From Candidatus Micrarchaeota archaeon (GTDB lineage Archaea; Micrarchaeota; Micrarchaeia; Anstonellales; Bilamarchaeaceae), in the NCBI GenBank assembly GCA_043800955.1, contig JAZDMN010000060.1, positions 1-52,176 on the forward strand: 52,176 nucleotides of DNA. The letters are read 5' to 3'. Position 1 is the first letter of the stretch, and the number at the start of each line of letters is the position of its first letter. The position numbers and the translations under genes were made by a program. A model generated the notes under the pieces. That model had not been told where the DNA came from, searched no databases, and worked only from the letters and a program-made list of their open reading frames with translations. Shown here piece after piece: positions 17,536-26,276 of this stretch.

Positions 17536-17610
17536 TGCACAAATAGTTCTTAGTAAGGAAGTGCCAATACAAAAAGCTTCTCCGCTTCACGCTGTCCCGG
17601 TTCCAGGGGG
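17536..17610 (+). repeat. Degenerate cassette-end module R4
   Basis: AATAGTTCTTAGTAAGGAAGTGCCAAT...TCAC...CCCGGTTCCAGGGGG; similar length and same motif order as R1/R3; starts 8 nt after a stop codon. Confidence 0.7.
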
Positions 17611-17690
17611 AATTTCGTCTTCCTGCTTCTTATTAAATTGTGGGAATTAATGGATAAGTATATAAACTATTCGAAGCATAGAATATATCG

Positions 17691-18893
17691 ATGCTGGCGT
17701 TCACAGATGAATTCAGAGAGCATGGCTCATATATACTCCCAAACCCAAGAGGCGTACAGGACGTACTCAATTATGCGATGTGGGCAAAGGCAGGAGAGCA
17801 GTTCATAAGAGAAAACCAGAGGCTGCCGGAAACCTGGGACGAATTCAGGACATGGTATAAACGCGCATCAGAGCCAGTTCGCATCCTGGATGTGGGATGC
17901 GGGTCCGGATATTTCGGGTATCTTCTGGCGAAACAAGGCGCTAAGGTTGTCGGCATAGATCCAGCGCTCTGCCCCACGCACAAAGAGCACCCCCCTAGGA
18001 TATATCGCCATCGGAACTTGAAACTCTTTATAGCCGGTCTGGAGGGGGTGGCATCACCATCATGTGGTCATAATCCCAAAACCAGGAGCAAGGATATCGA
18101 GGAGGATGTCAAAAAAATCGAAGCGTCCATAAAACGGTTATGGGGAATCTTAAAGGGAAAGGCAGTAGACCTCGTAATCAGCGTTTGGATGCCATATGGG
18201 ATTAATCTGACACCGGCAATCAGATCTATAGGCGCCAATGGGATTTGTTATCTCCGGAGCCACATAGGTGGCACAGGATGCGATTTTGGAGAATATGGTT
18301 CGCTATCAGGGTCTGTCCTGGATAGACCCCGTGAACCGGCTAAGGAAGCCTTGCTGCCACATTATTGGAGTTTCCATCCTGGCGAGGATTACAGAGGCTA
18401 TCGGCACTACGCCCTCAGTGCAGAGTCGGTTATAGGTTACGCACCCCAGGCATTGATCCAGTTCAAGCAAGACATCCAGCCGCCTGATTTTGAGATGAGC
18501 CATGAGTATGCCAGAGAACGGCAATTAAACCGAATAATAACCACAGAGGCGGGTTGTGATACTAAGAGATACACCAAAGAATCCATACCAGAACTTCCGT
18601 ATGATGTTCTTCATTTGGCAGATGAGGGGACGTGGTTCCAGCATTATAAAAGTAGTACGATAACACCTTCGTCGCCTCGACAGTTCAGGCTAACAAAACC
18701 AGGGCATAAATCAATGCGTTTCATGTGTTCGATGAGTTCTTCTCTGGAAGGGGAACAACGCCCTCAATTGACCGACCACCACGTTCGAAACCTTGACCCT
18801 TACGAGGCCATGCGAGTGGCGAGAATCATAGAGTCCAAACATGCTGCTGCGGCTACCCATTGCCGGAAACCCCGTTCTTCAGTTATCGTTTAA
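17691..18893 (+). CDS. Class I SAM-dependent methyltransferase domain protein
   Basis: ILDVGCGSGY, VVGIDP, VDLVISVWMP; TATA TATATAAA upstream. Confidence 0.75.
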   Translation: MLAFTDEFREHGSYILPNPRGVQDVLNYAMWAKAGEQFIRENQRLPETWDEFRTWYKRASEPVRILDVGCGSGYFGYLLAKQGAKVVGIDPALCPTHKEHPPRIYRHRNLKLFIAGLEGVASPSCGHNPKTRSKDIEEDVKKIEASIKRLWGILKGKAVDLVISVWMPYGINLTPAIRSIGANGICYLRSHIGGTGCDFGEYGSLSGSVLDRPREPAKEALLPHYWSFHPGEDYRGYRHYALSAESVIGYAPQALIQFKQDIQPPDFEMSHEYARERQLNRIITTEAGCDTKRYTKESIPELPYDVLHLADEGTWFQHYKSSTITPSSPRQFRLTKPGHKSMRFMCSMSSSLEGEQRPQLTDHHVRNLDPYEAMRVARIIESKHAAAATHCRKPRSSVIV

Positions 18894-18902
18894 GTATGGT
18901 TT

Positions 18903-18927
18903 TGCACAAATACTTCTTAGTAAGAAA
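18903..18927 (+). repeat. Partial cassette-end module R5
   Basis: TGCACAAATACTTCTTAGTAAGAAA, 23/25 identical to 17536-17560; starts 9 nt after a stop codon. Confidence 0.8.
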
Positions 18928-18994
18928 AAGAGCCAAAAAACTGATTGTTGAATGGCAATAGCCATGGAGGAGGACGACGCTGTCCATCGCTGTG

Positions 18995-19669
18995 TCACCA
19001 GACGAACGGAAGCAGGCGATAACGGGTTTTATTGCAATATTCCTTGTATCCCGGCAATTCGCGCCGAAGAACCTCCTCTTCGTTCAGGATGCGGAGGACG
19101 AGAAGCGGTACGATGAGCAAGAACGCAGGCAGAGCCCAATAGGAGCCAAGCGCTATCGGGGTGGCAGTCCACATGAGGATAGTGCCAAGATACATGGGGT
19201 GTCTGATGACGGAGTAGGGCCCGGTAGATATGACCTTCTGCCCCTTCACGACCTCGATTGTTCGTCCGGCGAAGCTGTTCTCCCGGAAGACCAGGAAGAT
19301 GAAGAGGTAACCGAGAAACACGACCACGTCCGCGGCAATCACCAATTCTGGCGGGACGCTCGACCATCCGAAGCGGCGGTCGAAACCGGGGAGCAAAAAA
19401 CCGACAATGAAAATTATTCCTGAAAGCTTTACGACCAGTTGTTGTTTTACCTGCTTTTCCTTCAGCTTCATTCTACGCTCCAAAAACTCCAGGTCGTTCT
19501 TGAGGAAATAGGTGACGACGAATGTTGCCGGGATGATAAGGATTGCCAGGTACATCCACGCCTGCCAGTAATCAAGGGTGCCCGCGGTCAGGAAAAACAT
19601 GAGGCTGAGTACGACAAATGCGGCTGGGAATAGCAGCAGGGCTCTTTTCTTGATTGCATCAGAGTCCAT
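18995..19669 (-). CDS. Isoprenylcysteine carboxyl methyltransferase (ICMT/PEMT) family membrane protein
   Basis: GQKVISTGPYSVIRHPMYLG, EEEVLRRELPGYKEY..RYRLLPFVW; start taken at MDSDAIKK. Confidence 0.9.
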   Translation of the reverse strand: MDSDAIKKRALLLFPAAFVVLSLMFFLTAGTLDYWQAWMYLAILIIPATFVVTYFLKNDLEFLERRMKLKEKQVKQQLVVKLSGIIFIVGFLLPGFDRRFGWSSVPPELVIAADVVVFLGYLFIFLVFRENSFAGRTIEVVKGQKVISTGPYSVIRHPMYLGTILMWTATPIALGSYWALPAFLLIVPLLVLRILNEEEVLRRELPGYKEYCNKTRYRLLPFVW

Positions 19670-19799
19670 CAGACGAGATACACAGTCAGGTAATAAATAT
19701 TCAGGAGGTGCACCGTTTTCCATGATGTTTTTACCAGGCCAGAAAAACCTTGGGGGGCAGGCATATAAACACCGGATTGGCAGGTAATAGGATGATCTC

Positions 19800-19958
19800 A
19801 TGGGAATGAGCAAAAAGGACTTGTCACGGAAGAAGGCCAACATCAAGGCGAGGATTGAGGATTTGGAAAAGAAGGCTAAGATGGACCCGCTCAAGAAGAA
19901 CAGGGCGCTCCATGATGAGCTCGATGATTTGAGGAAGAAGCTCGCCGAAGGGGATTGA
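19800..19958 (+). CDS. 52-aa basic coiled-coil small protein
   Basis: MGMSKKDLSRKKANIKARIEDLEKKAKMDPLKKNRALHDELDDLRKKLAEGD; TATA CATATAAA upstream. Confidence 0.7.
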   Translation: MGMSKKDLSRKKANIKARIEDLEKKAKMDPLKKNRALHDELDDLRKKLAEGD

Positions 19959-20019
19959 ACGACAGCCGGGTAAGACTTCATCCGGCAGGGCTATAAGATT
20001 TACCCTTGAAAAGGGCATC

Positions 20020-20145
20020 ATGGGGGTTTGCTTCCTCTGCCGCGAGCAGAGCGAGACTAGGAAGGTCTTCATGGGAAGCGCGAGAGGCTTTTCCGAACTG
20101 TGCATCGACTGCGTAATCAAATTCTATAAAATCAAGACCGAGTAG
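20020..20145 (+). CDS. 41-aa C4 zinc-finger micro-protein
   Basis: MGVCFLCREQSETRKVFMGSARGFSELCIDCVIKFYKIKTE (CxxC..CxxC); CTATAAGA upstream. Confidence 0.55.
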   Translation: MGVCFLCREQSETRKVFMGSARGFSELCIDCVIKFYKIKTE

Positions 20146-20231
20146 TCGAAAGCCGGCAACAGTCTTGCGCGAAGGCTACGATGGGGTCTGAACATCAGAA
20201 GGCATTTTAACGTTCCCTGCGGAAAAAAAGC

Positions 20232-20810
20232 ATGACCGGCCTCATAGAAGCATTTGTCCTACTCCTGGGCATAATCGACCCGCTTGCCAGCCTCGGCGCG
20301 TTCCTTTCCCTGACAAAGGGGATGGAAGAGCGGGAGAAGTTGCGGATAGCACAAAAAGCCGTCTCTGTAGCGGCGCTTGTGTTCTTTATATTCGCGTTTG
20401 GAGGCCAGCCCATACTCGATATCCTGGGAGTGGACATTCAGGCGTTTCGGGCCGCAGGCGGAATCATCCTTGTGCTCCTTGGCATCCAGATGGGCCTGGG
20501 GATATCATTCCCCAAGGAGAAGGAGGAGATAAGCGAGGTGGCGGTCGTCATCGGCACGCCGATGATTTGCGGGCCGGCGACAATCACGACCGCGATTATC
20601 CTCTCAAGCGAGACCGGGACCGCGGTTACGGCCATGGCCGGTGCTGCCGTCCTATTGATAACGCTCGCAGTGCTCGTGCTTTCCCAGCACCTTACAAAAC
20701 TGGTCGGGAGAAGCGGCCTCCAGATAATGTCAACGATGATGGGGATAATCACGATGGCCTGGGGGATTCAGTACCTCTTGAGCGGAATCAGCGCATTCAA
20801 CATGGCATAA
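20232..20810 (+). CDS. MarC family membrane protein
   Basis: IIDPLASL, FRAAGGIIL, GTPMICGPATIT, multiple TM helices. Confidence 0.9.
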   Translation: MTGLIEAFVLLLGIIDPLASLGAFLSLTKGMEEREKLRIAQKAVSVAALVFFIFAFGGQPILDILGVDIQAFRAAGGIILVLLGIQMGLGISFPKEKEEISEVAVVIGTPMICGPATITTAIILSSETGTAVTAMAGAAVLLITLAVLVLSQHLTKLVGRSGLQIMSTMMGIITMAWGIQYLLSGISAFNMA

Positions 20811-20843
20811 GCGATAATAAACCATTCTTGCAACAATCATTCA

Positions 20844-21836
20844 ATGTTCGAATGGCTAACAGAGGCTGTACCCAGCATATCCTCGATTCTTTCATCGGCA
20901 TCCATAGCTTTTTTCCTTCTCGCAGCAATTTCGGCTGCGGTATTGATGATAAGGAGAAGGGATATCGCCATCGTAAAAATCGAGAAGGCTTCTGCAAGGA
21001 GATGGCTCATTAGAATCGCCGCCGCATATATTGTCATCCAGGGGATTCTCCTTTTCACCATGTTGCAGATAGACAGCGAGACGCGGGCGGTCCCGAAATA
21101 TAAAATCGTGATTATCGAGATAGACGATTTCTGGAGCCTGGAGGGTGGATATTTCGACGGGCGCGGATACTCGTTGGAGAACTACGAGGCTGTGCTCGGG
21201 ATTATCGAAAAACACAATTATTCTGCAACGCTCGCTGTCACGCCATATATATTCATCGAGGAAAACACGGACATACTCGCGCTTCGCGATGACGAAAGGA
21301 CGGTTGCTTACCTGAATTCCAAGAAGGAAAAGGGGCACGAAATCGCCATGCACGGATTCGCCCATTGCCAAAACAGGTATTATTGTCCGGATGTTGAGGA
21401 GAACTACCTAAATGTGCTGGAAGGCAAGAAGGAGCTCGACAAAATGTTCAGCCAGGAGACGGTGACATATCTGCCTCCGGGCAATTTCTGGGACGACGTC
21501 CAGTACAACAATGTCAAAAGGAACAGGCTCAAGATTATCGGGAATACAAAAATCCAGCGCCCGTATTGGGATGGCAACGTGCTGATTACCCCCCGCGGCT
21601 ACGATATCGTCAAGAGCTGGGATTGGTACGGGGGGAACTACCAGCACTATCCGTATACGGATTGGCTCGAAGCGTATAACAAGACAGACATCTTCATTCT
21701 CCAGCTGCACTGCAACACGTTCACCAGCGAAGGGAAACTGGAGGATTTGGACCGGTTCCTTGACCGCTTGGACGAGGACAATGCAACTGTCGTAACATAT
21801 TTCGAAGCGTATAAATTAATGAAAAAAGGGGGATGA
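20844..21836 (+). CDS. Membrane-anchored polysaccharide deacetylase-like (DUF2334-type) protein
   Basis: Two TM helices, IEIDD, EIAMHGFAH, YLPPGN, LQLH. Confidence 0.75.
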   Translation: MFEWLTEAVPSISSILSSASIAFFLLAAISAAVLMIRRRDIAIVKIEKASARRWLIRIAAAYIVIQGILLFTMLQIDSETRAVPKYKIVIIEIDDFWSLEGGYFDGRGYSLENYEAVLGIIEKHNYSATLAVTPYIFIEENTDILALRDDERTVAYLNSKKEKGHEIAMHGFAHCQNRYYCPDVEENYLNVLEGKKELDKMFSQETVTYLPPGNFWDDVQYNNVKRNRLKIIGNTKIQRPYWDGNVLITPRGYDIVKSWDWYGGNYQHYPYTDWLEAYNKTDIFILQLHCNTFTSEGKLEDLDRFLDRLDEDNATVVTYFEAYKLMKKGG

Positions 21837-21853
21837 GCAGCCGGTAGACGCAC

Positions 21854-21976
21854 TCAATAATACAGGGCCATCTGCCTCCTTGCTTTTCTTCCCCGCCGCG
21901 CCCTCCTGAATGCGCGCATCCGGTAATTGTCAATCTCCCCCAATAGCTCCAAATCCTCGTAGCTCAGGCCAATCAT
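21854..21976 (-). CDS. 40-aa Arg-rich small protein (tentative)
   Basis: MIGLSYEDLELLGEIDNYRMRAFRRARRGRKARRQMALYY; GGTG SD and TTTAAA upstream. Confidence 0.4.
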   Translation of the reverse strand: MIGLSYEDLELLGEIDNYRMRAFRRARRGRKARRQMALYY

Positions 21977-22083
21977 GCAAACACCGCAAATGCGGGGAGT
22001 TTTTCTTTTAAAGAGCGTTTCCCAGGATAGCTCATTTCCGCGGAAGACGCGGGATTTTATTCTTTCAAGTGGATGGGATTTGA

Positions 22084-22482
22084 ATGGACACGGCAATCAT
22101 CCTGAGAAACGCGAAGACGGTCGCGGTCGTCGGCCTGTCAGACAAGCCTGAGAGGCCAAGCTACGGTGTCGCAAGCTACCTTCTGAGCAAGGGATACCGG
22201 ATTATCCCGGTGAATCCGAACCTTTCCGAGTGGAAAGGCATCAAGGCATACCGTTCGCTCCTGGAAATCCCAGGTGACATCCGAGTTGATATCGTCGACA
22301 TTTTCCGTAAAAGCGAGGATGTGCCCCCTATTGTCGATGAGGCGATAGCAATCCACGCGAAAACAGTCTGGATGCAGCTTGGAATCGTGAACGAAATCGC
22401 GGCGGAAAAAGCGAGGGGCGCAGGGTTGGATGTCGTCATGGATAAGTGCATGAAAATCGAGCATATGAATATGAAGGATTAA
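22084..22482 (+). CDS. CoA-binding protein (YccU-like)
   Basis: AVVGLSDKPERPS, PVNP, VDIVDIFR, WMQLG, VVMDKC. Confidence 0.92.
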   Translation: MDTAIILRNAKTVAVVGLSDKPERPSYGVASYLLSKGYRIIPVNPNLSEWKGIKAYRSLLEIPGDIRVDIVDIFRKSEDVPPIVDEAIAIHAKTVWMQLGIVNEIAAEKARGAGLDVVMDKCMKIEHMNMKD

Positions 22483-22506
22483 ATTCTCCGGTGAAGATAG
22501 CATAGT

Positions 22507-23478
22507 ATGGAACCGGAGGACGTTGCGCCGGCGCTGAAAAAAATCAGGCTGGAGATGCTGGAACCCGAACTCCAGCGGGAGATAACCGAGCTCGCTGCGG
22601 AAATGGGATACGAAGCGACAATCACCACCTCAAGCAATCTGCATTTCCTCTATGAGATTTACCGGGCTGAGAAGGCAAGAGGTGAGAGAGATGCCAAGGC
22701 TCTGAAGAAAGCCGAGGACATGATATTGCGGCTTTCTTCCCTCCACCATTCGATAATCCAGCGCGAGGAGGGCAGACGGAAGGCGGAGAGGAGCAGGAAG
22801 GTGCCCCTGACCCTCATAGAAGGAGGATTAACAGCAAGCAAGAGGATGCGGGAACTCTTGGAATCCGTCGGGATAAAGGATGAGAAAATCATGGAGCATG
22901 CCGCAGGATTTTTCAGTGAGGATGAGATTCTGTCCAGGGTCGAGCTTATCCAGGCGAGCAATCTTTGGCCTGATGCTGCAAGGCGGGTTTTCGGCGCTCA
23001 TCCGGAGACAATCATGATAGCGAAGCATGATGAGTTCATTTCAGAGATTGAGGCGATGGAAAACAAGAAAGCAGTCCTGGAGGGATGGGTAAAGGCGCAC
23101 GAGCGCGATTTGCCCATATGGGCAGACTATAATAGAACCCCGGGAATCCTTCTCGACTCTTTCGAGGATATAACCCGCCAGCTCGAAATCCGGCTGCCGG
23201 AAACCTCCCCGATGAAGGAAGAAGGCGAGGTCAGGTACAGGGGCAAGCCGATGGATCCGCGGGATTTCATGAAAGTGACCCTGGCCCTTGGTTTTTTCGT
23301 GCTCCGCGAGGCAACGCATGGCACCCTCCTTAGCGACGATAGGGGGAAGATTATGTGCGTGCAGAAAGCACACAGAAGCCAGATGGAACTGAACCAAAGC
23401 ACCATCAAGAAGAAACTGAACGAAGCTGGTGTGGATTTGGACGAGTTCGAAAAGAAACGGAGGGAGCTGAGGCTCTAG
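22507..23478 (+). CDS. Helical protein with C-terminal HicA-like domain
   Basis: C-terminus MDPRDFMKVTLALGFFVLREATHG..IMCVQKAH..ELNQSTIKKKLNEAGVDLDEF matches the HicA pattern; followed by a HicB-like gene. Confidence 0.6.
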   Translation: MEPEDVAPALKKIRLEMLEPELQREITELAAEMGYEATITTSSNLHFLYEIYRAEKARGERDAKALKKAEDMILRLSSLHHSIIQREEGRRKAERSRKVPLTLIEGGLTASKRMRELLESVGIKDEKIMEHAAGFFSEDEILSRVELIQASNLWPDAARRVFGAHPETIMIAKHDEFISEIEAMENKKAVLEGWVKAHERDLPIWADYNRTPGILLDSFEDITRQLEIRLPETSPMKEEGEVRYRGKPMDPRDFMKVTLALGFFVLREATHGTLLSDDRGKIMCVQKAHRSQMELNQSTIKKKLNEAGVDLDEFEKKRRELRL

Positions 23479-23500
23479 ACCGGAAAGGAGGGTATCCTAT

Positions 23501-23755
23501 ATGAAGGAAATAGAAGTGGAGGGTTTCAAGGTCACGATTGAGAGGTCAGAGGGAAAATTTATCGTCTCTGTGCCGAAGCTTCCCGGATGCACTACACAGG
23601 TGGACAGGGAAGAGGATGCGGCGCACGAGATACGGAGGATTATCGGGGTATATCTTGCCGGGCTCTCTAATAGCTTCACCCCTTTAAAGCGTGGGCAGCT
23701 CCTGAAGCTCAGGGCACGGAAGGATAGCGAGCCTCCGCCAAAAATCAGGAAATGA
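23501..23755 (+). CDS. HicB-family antitoxin-like protein
   Basis: FKVTIERSEGKFIVSVPKLPGCTTQ..EEDAAHEIRRII; SD GGAGG. Confidence 0.8.
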   Translation: MKEIEVEGFKVTIERSEGKFIVSVPKLPGCTTQVDREEDAAHEIRRIIGVYLAGLSNSFTPLKRGQLLKLRARKDSEPPPKIRK

Positions 23756-23769
23756 GCGCGAAGGGAGTA

Positions 23770-24795
23770 CTAACCGTCAATCAGGTTCCAGAACACCCAA
23801 TCGAACAGTTTCCGTCTAATTCTCCCGTTCGGATTCTTCAGCACCCAGTCTAGCATCCAGCAGAACGGAAGGCTAGGGTTGGTGAAAAGGTGAAACAGCC
23901 GGACCTGCCACATGTGCGCATCGGCCATACTCTTCATTATGGCGCGGCCTTCGGGATTTCCCAGGATATGTTTCGCAACGCCCTCGCCGCTCCGCATCGC
24001 GAACGCTATGCCTTCAGTGGTCAACGGGTTCAGGAAGCCGCCGGCATCCCCTACGAGGTAGGTGTTGCCGAACTCCCAGCCCCGGTAATCCGCATTGCCC
24101 CGCATAGCCTCGGATTTGAGCTTCGATGCGTCAATTCCGAACGTCTTCCCGACCCATGCCCTGGCCCTTGCCGCAAGCTTATGGTCGAATTCACCACGCC
24201 AGGCCATGCCGACCATTGTCTGGCCCCGGTTTTTCGACATCATATATCCGTATGAGCCGAGCAGCGTTTTCGGGAGCCAGTACATCTGGAATTCCGTGCA
24301 GGGCCTATCAAGAATGAAATGGAATGCCCAGCCCGAGATGTTGTTCGAGGGGAGCCCCAGGTGCTGGCGGACCATTGAAAACGAGCCGTCGGCGCCGACG
24401 AGGTGGCGGTAACCGTAGCGGCCTTTGGATGTCTCGACATAGGCAGGCGTTATGCTTTTCACAGGCTCGGAGAATTTCACCGTGGCGTTGCACAGGGATT
24501 TAAGATGGTTCTCTATCTCACTGCGTCCGACGGTATGGAGGAAAGGCCGCTCAAGCCTCACTACGGTTTTCGTGGTGTCCGTACCGACGTGGATTTCTGT
24601 CCACGGATGGCCGCGGTCGAAGCTCTCGGGCGTCTTGACTTTGGAGGATATCTCGCCGGAGCATATCTTCTTCCCGAGCCGGTCGTTCTTCTCGAGCACC
24701 AAAACCCGCAACCCGGAACCGGAGAGGTGCCTGGCGCAGGAGAGGCCGCCAGGGCCTGCGCCCACAATTACTACGTCGTAAGGCTGGGGGTCCAT
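23770..24795 (-). CDS. Geranylgeranyl reductase-family FAD oxidoreductase
   Basis: YDVVIVGAGPGG, KICSG, VGADG, VGDAGGFLNPLTTEGI. Confidence 0.85.
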   Translation of the reverse strand: MDPQPYDVVIVGAGPGGLSCARHLSGSGLRVLVLEKNDRLGKKICSGEISSKVKTPESFDRGHPWTEIHVGTDTTKTVVRLERPFLHTVGRSEIENHLKSLCNATVKFSEPVKSITPAYVETSKGRYGYRHLVGADGSFSMVRQHLGLPSNNISGWAFHFILDRPCTEFQMYWLPKTLLGSYGYMMSKNRGQTMVGMAWRGEFDHKLAARARAWVGKTFGIDASKLKSEAMRGNADYRGWEFGNTYLVGDAGGFLNPLTTEGIAFAMRSGEGVAKHILGNPEGRAIMKSMADAHMWQVRLFHLFTNPSLPFCWMLDWVLKNPNGRIRRKLFDWVFWNLIDG

Positions 24796-24897
24796 AAATA
24801 ATAGGATATGCGGAAGTGATTTTAAGGCATCTTTACACAATCATTATGCTGATGCCCTTAGCCTGAAAAAGGGGCTTTGGGCGAGGAAAGGATTGAT

Positions 24898-25686
24898 ATG
24901 CCAAAGGAAGCATTCGGAGGCGACGACAGTTCAAGGTCAGCCCCTGAAAAGAAGAAAATCGGCCTAAGCAGGTTCGGACTGTCGCCGGACGCCAACATAC
25001 GCGACGTCTTCTGGAGGATAATGGGCGCCTATGCGGCGACAAAGAAGCCCGGGCTCGAGCTTTCCACGCTTGCAAACGACAGGTTCGCGCTGATGAGGAT
25101 AGCAATTACAGTGCTTTCGAGCCAGCATGGCGAGCGGTACGGCCTTTCGCCTAAATTCATAGCATCGTATTCCCTCATGATGATTATCGACGGCGAATGG
25201 AATGACGCTTTTTCCGAGTACCTCGAGAAAGCATGCGAGAAGAAGCTCGGCATAAAGAAGGATGTCACATCCGCATTGAAGAAGCTGCTCGCCCAGGAGA
25301 AGTACAGCAAGGCAATCGGCGAGAGCCTTGGCACGATGGTGCGTGGGCGGGACTCCGGAGCGGTCGCGCTGGAGTATATCGCGGACCTGGAAAGCAATGA
25401 ACTCGTGCTGGCCCTTAAGAAGGAGCTGATGATAATAGCCCGCGGAGACATCGGCCAGAACCAGCTCAATGCTATTAAAGCGATAGCGCTCATAAGGGAG
25501 GATGAGGAGATAAGGAAGTCCCTCATCATACTGCTTTCGCATTGGGATGCGCAGGCTAGATTCGCGGCCGCTGAGGCGTTGCTCGGGATGCAAGATAATC
25601 CGGATGTGAAGGCCGCTGTGGCACAGAGGCTGGAATCCGAAAGGGATGAAGAGATAATAAAACTGCTCAAGAGGATGGCATCATGA
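24898..25686 (+). CDS. HEAT-repeat protein
   Basis: C-terminal LLSHWDAQARFAAAEAL..LESERDEEI; overlaps the next start (ATGA). Confidence 0.7.
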   Translation: MPKEAFGGDDSSRSAPEKKKIGLSRFGLSPDANIRDVFWRIMGAYAATKKPGLELSTLANDRFALMRIAITVLSSQHGERYGLSPKFIASYSLMMIIDGEWNDAFSEYLEKACEKKLGIKKDVTSALKKLLAQEKYSKAIGESLGTMVRGRDSGAVALEYIADLESNELVLALKKELMIIARGDIGQNQLNAIKAIALIREDEEIRKSLIILLSHWDAQARFAAAEALLGMQDNPDVKAAVAQRLESERDEEIIKLLKRMAS

Positions 25687-26210
25687 CGGATTTTGTCAGA
25701 ATACCCTCGGAAAGGGTAAAGGTCCTGCTCGGGAAGGATGAGGCCGCCAAGAAGAAGATTGAGAAGAAGTGCAATGTCGAATTGATAGTTGACCCTGAAG
25801 GGGAAATCGAGATTGTGGGAGACCCAGCTGACGTCTTTTTCGTCCATGACATAGTGAAGGCAATCGGAAGGGGTTTCACGCCCGAAACTGCCCTAAGGCT
25901 TCTTGGGAGCGATTACGGACTTTACATCATCCCCCTGAAGGAGATAGTGCACTCCGAGAACGCCCTGACAAGGCTCAAGGGAAGGGTAATCGGTGAAAAT
26001 GGGAAAATCAAGTCTGCCATAGAGGACGCCACCGACTCGTATGTCAGCGTGTACGGGAACACGATAGCGATAATCGCGAAAATAGACACGATGGAGTATG
26101 CCAAGGAGGCCATCGGCTTGCTGATTGACGGCGCGCGCCACACCAGCGTCCTGGGCTATCTTGCCAAGGCGAAAAGGGAGATACTCGAGGCGCGCCTCAA
26201 AGGCCGCTGA
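25683..26210 (+). CDS. KH-domain pre-rRNA processing protein (Dim2/Pno1-like)
   Basis: VKAIGRGFTPE, RLKGRVIGENGK, VSVYGNT, GARH. Confidence 0.9.
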   Translation: MTDFVRIPSERVKVLLGKDEAAKKKIEKKCNVELIVDPEGEIEIVGDPADVFFVHDIVKAIGRGFTPETALRLLGSDYGLYIIPLKEIVHSENALTRLKGRVIGENGKIKSAIEDATDSYVSVYGNTIAIIAKIDTMEYAKEAIGLLIDGARHTSVLGYLAKAKREILEARLKGR

Positions 26211-26276
26211 ACTCGACGCAAGATATTAATAGCTGCATTCCGATAAGACCCAACAGCACCCATGCCAAGTGATAGA

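Larger units (their letters stand above)
15420..18990. mobile_element. tRNA-Asn-anchored tandem array of small integrated cassettes (no integrase in window)
   Basis: Repeated copies of the tRNA 3' end and a ~70-bp terminal module separate unrelated, AT-richer single genes. Confidence 0.7.
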
